Positions 26,380 to 38,555 of a stretch of DNA of 63,829 bases are shown piece after piece (positions within the stretch are counted from its first letter, which is position 1; each line of letters starts with the position of its first letter). The position numbers were made by a program, and so were the translations under genes. The notes below the pieces were generated by a model that saw nothing but the letters and a program-made list of their open reading frames with translations, was not told the origin of the DNA and ran no database searches. This DNA comes from Convolutriloba macropyga. Lineage: Eukaryota. The stretch is taken from assembly GCF_964194025.1 (NCBI RefSeq), contig NC_134469.1, positions 58,156,172 to 58,220,000 on the forward strand, read 5' to 3'.

Positions 26380-29300
26380 CTAACCAATTAAAACTACTAA
26401 GCCACTAGGACTGAACTAGAAATCCAATGAGACCAGTTGTAATTGAGAATAGAACGTCAACAAAACTAATTGGGACAAAACACTCAAAAATCTGGTTTTT
26501 AAGACGAAAACTACAAGAACACTAAGTTATTCAATTAGGTTCCACTAGAAAGCAGATTGCATTCGTCATTTTTGAGACTAATATAAAAGTTGGAGCAAAA
26601 GCTTTTAAAAGCGGCAAAATTCAAGAATCGATTAATGTTTTATATGAAGTTGTATAAGCATAAACTTGTCCCCAAACAAATTGAAATTGTACTGATATTT
26701 CCTAGTATAATGCAGTGATCCTGCCATTAATGAGTTTTACTGATACTAGAATAATAACAAAACCAGCGAAACGAAATCACATAGCGTTGAAGCCCGCAAA
26801 ACCATATTTTATCGACTGAAGGCATTCTACCATTATTTTTTTACCGTTATAAATGCGATCCAATAATAAGGACACGAAATTAACAATAAAAAATAGAAGC
26901 AAAAATGGAAAGTTCACTGATTTTCATGAAAAATTTGTCAAGGTAATTTAAACATGATATATTGACAAAAACACCTTGAAAAGACTGCTCATGCCTCCTT
27001 ACTTTTTCATCAGGCCTTAGAAAAGGCAAAAACACGCACTACGCAAATTCTTACCTGACGCCGATGTCAAATACATGAAAAACAAATAAAGCGTTGCAAG
27101 AAAATGTTTTGTTGGTTCTTTTATGCCTTCTAAATTACATATAGTTAATTGCATATGTTAATAACATATGAACCATTAACACGTGTATCAAGAGAAGCAA
27201 GAAAATTTCAAGTAAAAACATTTGCAGAAAATTTGTTGCCGTTTAGAGAATTTTCTATGATACTCATTCTTTTGCATTCTTTTGTTCCCTTTACTTTTGG
27301 CTTGCCATTGACTTTGAAAAGTTGTAAGATATGAAGATCGTAAAGAAAAAGTATAGTAAACGCTACAATGAGACCAATAAAAGTCTTGCTTTTAGTGTCG
27401 TGTTTACTTATTGACAAAATATTGCTTAAATTAACGTATTTATTAAGCAATAACGTATTTATAATTATACGTATTTTTTAATCAATATTATTGATTGAAA
27501 ATTACGATAAAAGTGGACAAATTTACTGAAAAGTGCCAATTCGTCACAAACATTTCAACCCTGAAAATTTCTTTGAGTTTGGAAAATTTCTTTAAATGAA
27601 TAGTGTATTGATGCCTTTCTAATTATAACGCTCACGTCTCTCTACTTCGCTTGGCAAAAATTGACTGATCAAAAAACCAGTTGAGAACTTATGTTTTATT
27701 CCGCTCACTAAGTGGGGTGTGAACGAAAATGAAGCTGAGCCTGAAAAAATGCCTTTGTGCAAATATAAGCTAAATGGAAATAGGTCTATATGGCTTCGGC
27801 TCAGAATACTGATTTTTGAACTCTCCAAAGTTAGGAAGTTTTATTTTAGATCGGAATAGATTACCTAACGGTTACCTGAAATACTGCTAATACATTGTAC
27901 TGGCTTTGATACAATGTGTGTATCATTTTTAGCAAATCCGATAAGGTATTTTAAATGCAATTTTGCGTAGGTCCAGTTTTTCGGCTGTTCGTTTTTAATT
28001 TTTTTGACCCTTGGTCATGAGAAAAGCCCGAGGGCATTAAATCGATTTAAACTCGTCTCTATGTATAACGTTCTGAAGTTGGAATATTGTCTGTTTAACC
28101 AAGCAACCGGTAAAGAAAATTTGCTGCTTCACAAAAAAAGACAAATTATTTCAAAGTTGAAAAAAGCATAAACTTCCCCAAACAGAATGAAGCTGTGCTG
28201 GTATCTCCTATGATAATGCAGCTACCCTGCCATTAATGAGATTTACTGATACTAGAATAATAACAAAAGCAGCGAAACGAAATCACTTAGCGCCGAAGCC
28301 CGCAAAACCATATTTTATCGACTGAAGGCATTTTACCATTTCGAATTTGCTTCATTAGGAAAGCCAATGGTGCCTGTTATAAATGCTATCCAATAGTAAG
28401 GACACGAAAATAACAAAAAAAAGTAGAAGCAAAAATAGAAAGTTCATTTAATTTCACGAAAAATTTTTCATGGTATTTTAAACACCTTGAAAAGACTTTG
28501 CTCATGCCTCCTTGTTTTTTCATTAGACCCTAGAAGAGGCAAAAACACGCACAACGCAAATTCTTACCTGACGCTGATGTCAAATTCATGAAAACAAATA
28601 AGGCGGTGCAAGAAAATGTTTTGTTGATTTTTTTATGCCTTCTAAACCGTCAATGTGTCCTTCTTAAAGTTAAGGGGCAAGACAACAAATACCGGTGATT
28701 TTTTTTGCTGTCAATTGATCGATTGAGTTAATAACATATATGCACCCTTAAAACACGTGTATCAAGAGAAGCAAGAAAATATCAAGTAAAAACATTTGCC
28801 GAAAATTTGATGCCGTTTGGAGAGTTTTCTATAGTACTCATTCTTTTGCATTCTTTTGATCCCTTTACTTTTGGCTTGCCATTGACTTTGAAAAGTTGTA
28901 TGATAAGAAAATCGTAAAGAAAAAGTACATGTAAATGCTGTTTGAAATCATTAGCCACTTTATAGTAATCATTAATTTGAAAAGTCTGACGCACTTTCTT
29001 TTTACTTGCAATCGACGACCAAGTAACAAAAATAGCACCAAGCATGTAAATAGTCAGCAAATGAAGGCTCGATTAAAAAATCGAAAAGTTTTAAAAAATA
29101 AATGGAGTGATAGTAAGTCATTTCAGCTACCAATTAAAACTACTAAGCCACTAGGACTGAATTAGAAATCCGATGAGACCCGTTGTAATTGAGAATAAAA
29201 CGTCAACAAAACTAATTGGGACAAAACACTCAAAAATCCGGTTTTTTAAGACGAAAACTACAAGAACACTAAGTTATTCTTTTGGTTTCACTGGAAAGCA

Positions 29301-30770
29301 GATTGCAGCCGTCAATTTTGAGACTAATATAAAAGTTGGAGAAAAAGCTTTTAAAAGCGGCAAAATTCAAGAATCGATTAATGTTTTTGAAGTTCTAAAA
29401 GCATAAACTTTTCCCCAAAGAAAAAGAAATTGTTTTGATATCTCCTAGGATTTTGCAGTGATCCTGCCTAATGAGTTTTACTGATACTAGAATCATAACA
29501 AAAGCAGCGAAACGAAATCACATAGCGCCGAAGCCCGCAAAACCATATTTTATCGACTGAAGGCATTTTACCATTTCGAATTTGCTTCGTTAGGAAAGCC
29601 AATGGTGCCTGTTATAAATGCGATCCAATAATAAGGACACGATCCAATTATAAGGACTTAGCCCATGACTCCTTACTTTTTCCTTACACGTTGAAAGGGG
29701 CGAAAATCACGCACAACACCAAATCTTTCTGGGCGCTCATATCCAAATAATAAAAACAAATAAGCCGTCGGAAGAAAATGTTTTGTAGATTCTTTTATGC
29801 CTTTTAAATCGTCAATGTGACTTTTTGTTTTTGAAACTAAGGGGCAAGACAACAAATACCGGTAATTTTTTTATTTGCTGTCAAATGATGGATTGAATTA
29901 ATAGCATCTATGCACCATTAGAACACAAGAGAGTATCAACTAACAACATTTGCAGAAAATCTGTTACAGTTTGAGAGTATTTTCTTTAATGCTCATTCTT
30001 TTGCTGCCTTTACTTTTGACTTCACGTTGACTTTGAAAAGTTGTAAGATGTGAAGATCGTAAAGAAAATTGATAGTAAACGCCACAGTGAGACCAACAAC
30101 AGTCTCGCTTTTATTCGCGTGCTTATTAACAAGAAATTGTTGCTTAAGTTAACGTATTTGGACAAAAATAGCTTAAATCGATCGATAGTTGCGGTAAAAG
30201 AGGACAAATTTACAGTGCCGAATGGTCAATCATTTCAACCCTGGATAACTCCCCTCGAACGATACAAATTTAGAAAATTTCTTTTTAAGTAAGTAATGTA
30301 TTGATGCCTTTCTAATTATAACACTCACGTCTTTCTGCGTCTAATATATCGATTGGCCAAATTTGACTGAACAAGAAAAAACCAGTTGAGAATATATATC
30401 AATTCCGCGCACTATGTGGTGTAGGAACCAAAATAAATCTGAGCCTCAAAAAATGCTTTTGTGGAAATATAAGCTATTTTTTGTAGGTCTATATGGCTTC
30501 GGCTCAGATGCAGGAAAACTACGAAGACTGCAGTTCTATTTCGAACGGAATAGATTACCGAACGGTTGTCTGAGTTACTGAGAATACATTATAATCGCTT
30601 TGATACAAGGTTTGTATGATTTTTTTAAAACGGATAAGGTATTTTTAATGCAATTTTGCTTAGGACCAGTTTTTCGGCTGATCGTTTTTAATTCGTCTGA
30701 CCTTTCGTCTCGGGAAATTGGAAAAGCCCGACGGCATTAGATCGCATTAACCGCGTCTCTATGTATAAGG
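26380..30770. repeat. Complex tandem duplication (26380-28070 vs 29148-30770, partial third copy ~28150-28925)
   Basis: Shared CCAATTAAAACTACTAAGCCACTAGGACTGAA start and GTCTCTATGTATAA end; GAAGCCCGCAAAACCATATTTTATCGACTGAAGGCATT occurs three times. Confidence 0.9.
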
Positions 30771-31110
30771 TGCTTCGAAATTGCCGAGAAGAAATATACT
30801 CCACCTACTCCTTCGCCCCTCCACATTTTAGCTAAGTGCCCCTTCCAACAATTCTAGCTCTCACCCAGATCAACACTCCGTTCTAGTCTTCTCTTTTTGT
30901 TCTGCACCCATCACTATTTTGTGCCCTCAACTTGAAGATAGGCTCCCTAAGCTAATGGATGTCTATGTAGCTGATGGGATAAATTCATATATTATCGAGA
31001 CAATTTTTGAGTAAAAGTATCAGCAATAAATTGTTTTTATAGGGTTAGATTTTTTCTCAAGAAGCAAACAAAATGGACCGTTTTTAATGGATTCAGTTTT
31101 CATTGGTTTC

Positions 31111-31113
<3 letters not shown>

Positions 31114-31170
<57 letters not shown>
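31114..31170. repeat. (CT)n microsatellite upstream of EIF2B1
   Basis: Directly visible. Confidence 0.97.
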
Positions 31171-31172
<2 letters not shown>

Positions 31173-31317
31173 AAGAAGCAAACCTCAATTTTTTTTCTAA
31201 AAAAATTGGTTTGTCAAAAAGGGTGAATGAGAGATTGGCTGTTAGTAGCAGCGCGTTCTTTCTTTCCTTGTGCTTTCTTTCAGGAATTGATGATCTAACT
31301 CCTCGTGTGACAAAGTA

Positions 31318-34300
31318 ATGGTGGAGTTTGATAATGATGCTGGTCGTCAGTTCGTGGATAGAATGGGACGGGATACGGAATCGACGCCTATTGTGGTAGC
31401 AATCAGTGTGCTAATTGACCTCCTCTCAGGAATCAAGTCTTCAGTTACCACAGTGGCTGAGGTATTGCGGCTGTTGAAGAGTGCAATCCAAGCTATGCAG
31501 CAGAGTGAGCTAGCTGACGCTGGGTTGGAGAGTGGATGTGAAATTTTCAATTGGTTAATATTTGCAATGTCATTCAAAGTAGGGTTGTTGACTGTGTTGA
31601 AACTATTCTTTTAAATATTCATCTGGTAGATAAAAATTGTGCTGCACAGGTACATAACGCGTTTCACTGCAGACCCTTCCTTTGAAACAAGAAGTCTTGA
31701 CGAGATCATGGAGGAGGTCCTCAAATATGGCAGACAGTATTTGGTTGCACTGCAAGCTGCTAGAGGCAAAATTGCTATTCATGGAAAAAGTTCGTAACTT
31801 ATTACTCACATTTTAACCAATTTTTCACAGAGCATGCTGAAATAGATCCAAGTTTCCATCGAAATGCTCACTGTAAGCTATCAAAGATTAAAACCAATCT
31901 AAATGAATGGATATCTTCAAATTTTTTAAGAAGCATTAACTTGTGACAATTATAAAAAGAATTATTGCTGCGTTTGAGTTTTTGACAAAAAATGTAGTAA
32001 TGACCGGTGGTCAGCAGCGTTCTTCCGCCTGCTTAGAAGAGTCTCGTATGAATGTGACAGTTTGTACACTGAAAAATCTTTGAATAGTTAAATGTAAATT
32101 TGCAATTTTTGTCTAGTTTTGTACTCGAGTTGTGTAATTCCAGCATGATATGATATGAAGGCTTTCTAGCTTAAATTCAACTGAATCTATCAATTCATGG
32201 TATTAATTACTTCCAGTGAATTTGGATTTTCAAAAATACCTTCAGGGGGCGGGGGGCTTTAAAACATGCGATAATCTGTGCTCTACTAGTTGAACAGGTT
32301 TACGCCAATTTTGTGTGCCATAATGTATCTCAATATGGCTATTTTGTGAGCCAATCAGAGACACGCGAGACTAATTGTTGATTTGTTGACTAATTGGTGA
32401 TTTAACCCGGCGTTCCAAAAACTGGTGGATGTTTACGGTTGTTTCCATATGTGATGAGCTGTTTTCCACCTATCTCATCCTACATAGGTCCCGCTCATCT
32501 TGGTATTCGCTCTTTTTTTTCTTTTCGGGTGCTCTTTCGCGGTAAATGATTTCTTGCAATGTTTGATTATAGCTGTAAGCTGAGCGGAGCTATATTGCGG
32601 TGCTCTTGTTACAATTCAAAGAATTTGAATTGTATTGGGGCGCTGTCTTTTTTTAAGATCTGTTCACACATTTTCAAGATTTTTGAAGTCAAATTGGAGT
32701 AGTGATTTTGGTCACGCCGAAACAGGAAATGGAGCGGAAAAGCGAGTGGTTTTGCGGCGTGAATTTTTTCCGCTCTAATTTTAAAGTAGAGTGCGCAAAT
32801 GGTGTTTGAACTAAAATTCGGTTTCTCAGTAGTGGTTTCTTGTTCACATGCGGCAATTTCACTCTGATTTTTACTGTTTTTTCGATTTTTTGGATCGGAT
32901 TTTTTTCTAAATGGTTTTTCCAATCCATTCACAGCTCATTCTAGTCCTAGTTTTTTGTTTGAAATAAATTTTTATATCTCGCTAGTGGTTTTTTTGTTCA
33001 CATGCGGCATTTTGACATTGTTTTTTTGTTTTTTTTTCTTATTTTTTGATCTGATTTTTTTAAAAATTGTTTTCTCAATTCACTCATAGTGCATTCTAGG
33101 TCTAGTTGTTCTGTTTAGTCAATGAAAATTCTTTGAATTGTACGTCAGGACTTGTCCTGCTATGTTTTTTTTTTTGTTTCGTCGTCTGACGCTCTTTTTT
33201 CGTTTTACATTTGTTCACACCTCAAAGCTGAAAAGTCTTGAATTTTCTGAATGATGTCTTCCTCTCACTAACTGCGTTTGCGCGCTTGACGTCATTTCTC
33301 ACTCTAGCAAAAGTTTTTTTGCGTGATTAGATTTTTCTGATAAGTGACTTACCTCACTCAATAAAATGACTTTTGCACTTTAAAATTCAAGTTTATTTTG
33401 AATTAGTTTAAGATCAAAGGAACTCATATGTGTAATAAGGGTCCCTAATGAAAAGACTTCTGCGCAATGAATTTTAACAAGCTTTATTAATTTATTGTTT
33501 AATTTTTTTACATAGCTTTTTGAGCGGCGTCGATAACTTTTTCAACTTATATCTGTATCTGTTTCTATCTCTCTCATACGGCACGCAAGCCTATTCGTTC
33601 GCAGCTATTCCGGCAATCTGCCGGCTATGTTCTAAATTGATCACATTCAAAATTTTGTGCTCTTGAACTCAATTACGCTTGCTTGAAGTCAATAACTGAT
33701 GAAAGTTATCTACAAAACGAGGTTCAGAGTAAAATATAGTGCCATAATTCGGTACTTAAACTTTTGAAATTGCAACCACTACCTGTATGAGTTAAATTTG
33801 CCCCTGGTTTTATCTACTTTGAATGCTTTCGAATAGTTATGGGCTTCTGGTGAGTCCTTAATACGCGGAGGCGCGAGCAATTTTTAATCATTAATTGTAC
33901 TGGTTTGCTAAAAAAAATTTTGCTAATAATTGTCCTGGTTTGATCACTTAGAGAATTTTCACGAATACGAAACACGAGTTTCTTTTCGAGCTTCGTGTTT
34001 TCGGCTGAGTTTTATAACAAAAATTATGCATTGTTTGTTGCATTGGATGCCATATTCCAGAACCGCTTTTAGATGCAAAAAAAGTAATTGCATTGACAGA
34101 TCGCTGATTGCCTAAACAATTACGCCTGTGTAATTACAAGTCCACTTGCTTAGATCTAATTCGCAACAACAGCACAATTCTTGTACACTCCAAATCGCGA
34201 TGCGTGCTAGAAGTGATCAGAGCAGCTGCAGGTTGTTCAACGTCTAAAAACCTGACAGTGATTGTGACGCAATCGAAGGAAGAGTCAGAGGCAGCTGTGG

Positions 34301-35403
34301 AAATGGTAGACCAGATCAGTCAGCTGGGACTGGCTGCTCGATTGGTGCCAGAGGGAGCTGTGGGGTTTGAGATGGAGAATGTTGACGTTGTGTTAGTTGT
34401 TAAGCTATTAACTTTTAGAAACCTTCAGGGTCTTTATCCTGCTCTTTCAAATGTTATCGGAAGTACTGTTTAATCGAAGTCGATAAGAATTAGGCGATGA
34501 CTGTCCATTTTGGTGTACGCGTAATGTTCTTAGTGAAATAAAGGAAGTCACTTTGAGCTTGTCTATTTCCGTTGCGCAATTTTTACTTATCAGATTACTG
34601 TGTTCTATTGGGTTCTAGGAAAACTGGCCGACAGGGCGTTTAGCCAACAACGAAAAAATGAGAAATTTAGCCGACAGTTTCATCATAATTGGTCATAAAA
34701 GTCATTGCTCATTGGTCCATAATTGCTCATTGGTCCATAAATCAGTAGTTCGGTTGTGATAGATTCATATCCAGTCCCACGGGCCGCTGAGGCATGGCCA
34801 TGGCCCGCGAGGCATGGCCACATGCGTTGAAATACGGTCCGACCACGGATAGACCTTCGTTACACTAGTTGATGAAAAAACTGTAGTATATTTGTCCTCT
34901 TACGAATAGTGTTTTAAATTGGCCAATCACAGCTTCAGAATAAGTTATATTGCTCATTTTACTCAAATTGTCGGTTAAATTTCTCATTTTTGGTTGTCGG
35001 CTAAACGCCCTGTCGGACAATACGGCGGCCACCGTTCTATTGATATCAATTTGGCCACCAATTTGAAGTGATTCCCTCTGTTTAAAGGTGTGTCGGTGCT
35101 GAAGCAGTATGTCTGAGTGGCGGGATTGTTAATCGTCTGGGAACCTTAACCATAGCATTATGTGCTCGAGCCATGAACAAGCCGTTGTACGTTTTTGCCG
35201 AGAGCCACAAATTTACGAAGACGTTGTTTCCATTGTCGAACAGTGACATTCACAATAAATGGATGGAAAAGGAATGTAATAAAAATTTAAAGTATCCAAA
35301 TGTTGATTACACAGAGCCAAACTTGATAACTTATGTTGTATCAGATTTGGGTATCCTCACTCCAGCCATAGTTTGTGAACAGCTTTTACGATTGTATGAA
35401 TAA
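31318..35403 (+). CDS. EIF2B1: Translation initiation factor eIF2B subunit alpha, 309 aa; exons 31318-31553, 31650-31789, 34154-34391, 35088-35403
   Basis: Spliced product is collinear with eIF2B alpha: SGCEIFNWYITR, RGKIAIHGKNLIRNNSTILVHSKSR, AVGFEMENVDVVCVGAEAVCLSGGIVNRLGT, NKPLYVFAESHKF, VDYTEPNLIT..DLGILTP..EQLLRLYE. All three introns are GT-AG with consistent phases (930 nt in total). Confidence 0.93.
34611..35033. mobile_element. Mutator-like MITE in EIF2B1 intron 3
   Basis: 9-bp target duplication GTTCTATTG (34602-34610 and 35034-35042), GG...CC termini, imperfect TIRs (CCGACAGGGCGTTTAGCC / GGCTAAACGCCCTGTCGG). Confidence 0.85.
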
Positions 35404-37964
35404 ATGTAAATTTAAAGGTTTAAACTTGCTTTTGTCGCCCTCCAAGATATCAGCATGGCACTCGAAGAGCCAATAACCGAAGTTGTGGGTTTATTTCGAT
35501 GGCTCAGAGAATCATCTTGATTTTAAGGATTTCCTATATTAGGACGTGATGATATTACTCTAATGCCAATACGATACGTATCAACAGACATTTACTTACA
35601 GTCTTAAGAAAAGAGTTAAACAGTCATTGTATGATCATTCCAAATTCGGCTTGCTTTCCCCATGATGGTTGCACTTTTGTAAAGCTTCTGTAAAAAATAA
35701 TGCCCCCCCCCCCCCCTCCACAAAGAAATACAACCCACATTTAAAATTTTAACTTTGGTCGTGATAATTTGTGTTAGTTGGATATCAAGTCGCAAGACCG
35801 CTAAAGCATGGCCATTGATCGCGAGGCATGGACAAACGCTCTAAATGCTCAGCTCTTTAATAGTCAAGTGAGATTTATTTCCGTGGGCGTTTATTCTCTT
35901 CTAATATTCTCTAATAATATTTCTCTAGTTTTTTCGGAGATTTCGAAATAAGCTTGTCTACTGAAAAGTAGTTTTTTTAAATTTATAAACAATGCACTCG
36001 TGTAACGAATAGATATTTGTTATCAAAGCCTAAATACGAAATAATTTTTTTGCGTCTACAAAATTGTTAAGAGTAGGATATAGCCTCAACACAAGAAAAA
36101 TCTCATAAAAGCTCTTAGAGAATAGTGAAGAGTCGATTTGCAAAGCATGTTGTTCTGAGTCAATAAATAATTCAAAATGTAGTTTTGTCCAGAAACCCAG
36201 GAGGAAAAAAACAATAATTAATTGCTCTTGAACGAAGTTCATAACAATTTTTGTAAACGTGTGTGTCCTTTTTTAATTGCTCTTGAACGAAGTTCATAGC
36301 ATTTATTGTAAACGTGTGTGTATTTTCATGCAAAATTTTCGCTTGACCGTTTTGACTTTTCGAGTGACTTTTACGCCCTTGACTTTGCGCGTTTCAACTG
36401 ATCTATAATTCTCGCAATCACAATTTGAAGGAGCTGAACTCATCGGGAGTATCCAAAGTGAAATGCATGAAATAGTAAAAACCAAAGTCAACTGTTTTGC
36501 AAATATAACTTTTTTCATAGCCACTACTGTGAATTGTTGATTTCTCAAAAATAAAAAATATTCAAATTTGAAATTGTCTCAATAGTTTTGCTAACTTATG
36601 AATTTATGGTCACAATTTTTGGGCTTTGCGCGTTTCAACTGATCTATAATTCTCGCAATCACAATTTGAAGGAGCTGAACTCAATTGGCGGCAGTTTAAT
36701 ACTAAAAGTCAAGTAAAAAGTGCGCCGAAACTGGTGCCAATTTCACTTTAAATCTTTATAGTGGTATATGTTAACCTCTAATGTGGTTATTTGAAGACCA
36801 GTATTGAACTTAGTCCCATTTAGGCTCCCCGCCCCCCAACTGATGCAGGCTGCAATTGATTAGAGCTCCCACTAGTCGGTCGAGAGCAATAAAACCAATA
36901 GTTTAACCATTCATTTATCAAGCGTGGAATAAAAACAAGCAATGATCTCATCCAACGCCTAATTATTGAGCAACATGATTTATGTCAGAATAACGATAAT
37001 TAACTTAAGGAATCAAGTTAAGACAAATATTGAAGATGCCCAGAACGGGCCGCTGAAAGGTTAGTCTGTAGAGGTTTAAGAAGCGCCAGAAAGTGTCAAG
37101 TTAACAGAAACTCTACTCTTACCCTTCAGATGGATCAATATACTATTTGAACACTCTTTTGAATATTTTATAATTTCGTTACCTCAGGAACGGCGGCAGA
37201 AAATTAGTGAAGAGAACGAAAAATTACCCCTTGGTAGGTAGACAAAATGTTCTTTCAGTTGGAGAAATGACATGTTGTAAAAAGAAATTTTTCCAAAGTG
37301 GTTGAATTTGCAGTTCTTAACATCGGGAGTATCCAAAGTGAAATGCATGAAATAGTAAAAACCAAAGTCAACTGTTTTGCAAATATAACTCTTTTTCATA
37401 GCCACTACTGGGAATTGTTGAATTCTCAAAAATAAAAAATATTCAAATTTGAAATTGTCTCAATAGTTTTGCTAACTTATAAGTTATAAATTTATGGTCA
37501 CAATTTTTGGGCATCAACTGTAATAAATTATATATAGTTGTTCAAACAAGTTCAGAAATAAAATTTAATTTTTGTTATGTGAAAGAAGCGGAGACGGACA
37601 ATACATTTTGATATAATTTTTGAATAATTTATATACTTACATTCTAAACTCGGAGCAATTTTAGAACAGTGAAAACATCAGATGTTTTAATTAAGCAAAT
37701 CAAAGCCAACCAAAAAATGGCATTTTAAGCTTTATATCTGATAGGTGACAAAAATTGAAAGGTTGCTGAGATCAAAGGTCAAGTATCTGGAAAAGTCACA
37801 AAAATCTGCCAAGTGACCAAAAAAATGCTTTGCGGGGTAAGCTAAATTTGGGGAAGATTGGAATACTTTCGCTGCTGTCATTTTGCGTCTACTCCTCTGG
37901 TCTATGACTTGTTAATTTGTTTCCGTGGGTGAAAATGTAATTGAATTTTTTTTTATAATTGAAC

Positions 37965-38555
37965 GCTTTTTATAATTTTCGGAAGCTTTTTAGTTTGTTG
38001 GTCTTATTTACTATGTCAATACGTTGACCCGCAAAATAATTTTGATTGAAATTTATCTCTGAAATTGAATAATATTGCGTTAAAATATTTTGGTCACCGA
38101 TTGCTTGGTTTTCAGATATAATTTTCGGAAATCTTTTTACGTTGATGGTCATACCTCCTACGTCACTACGTTTACCCGCAAAATAGATTTTATTGAAGTT
38201 TATTACTGGCATTGAATAATAATGCGTTAAGTATTTTGTTCCACGATTGTTTGGTTTTCAGATATAATTTTCCTAAATCTTTTTAGGTTGTTGGTCCTAT
38301 TTCAATACGTTGACCCACAAAATAATTTTGATTGAAATTTATTTCTGGTATTGAATAATAATGCATTAAAATATTTTGGTACCCGATTGTTTGGTTTTCA
38401 GATATAATTTTCCGAAATCTGTTTAGGTTGCCGGTCCTATCTCCTACATCAGTACGTTTACCCGCAAAATAGTTTTGATTGAAGTTTATTACTGGCATTG
38501 AATAAAAAATGCGTAAAAATATTTTGGTCACTGATTGTTTGGTTTTCAGATACTT
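37965..38555. repeat. ~140-148-bp satellite, ~4 copies
   Basis: AAAATA.TTTTGATTGAA...TTGGTTTTCAGATATAATTTTC recurs at ~38032, 38180, 38319 and 38466. Confidence 0.9.

Noticed and set aside
31579-31672. Apparent non-canonical first intron in EIF2B1
   Set aside because: Resolved by the canonical GT-AG intron 31554-31649, which restores WYITRF.
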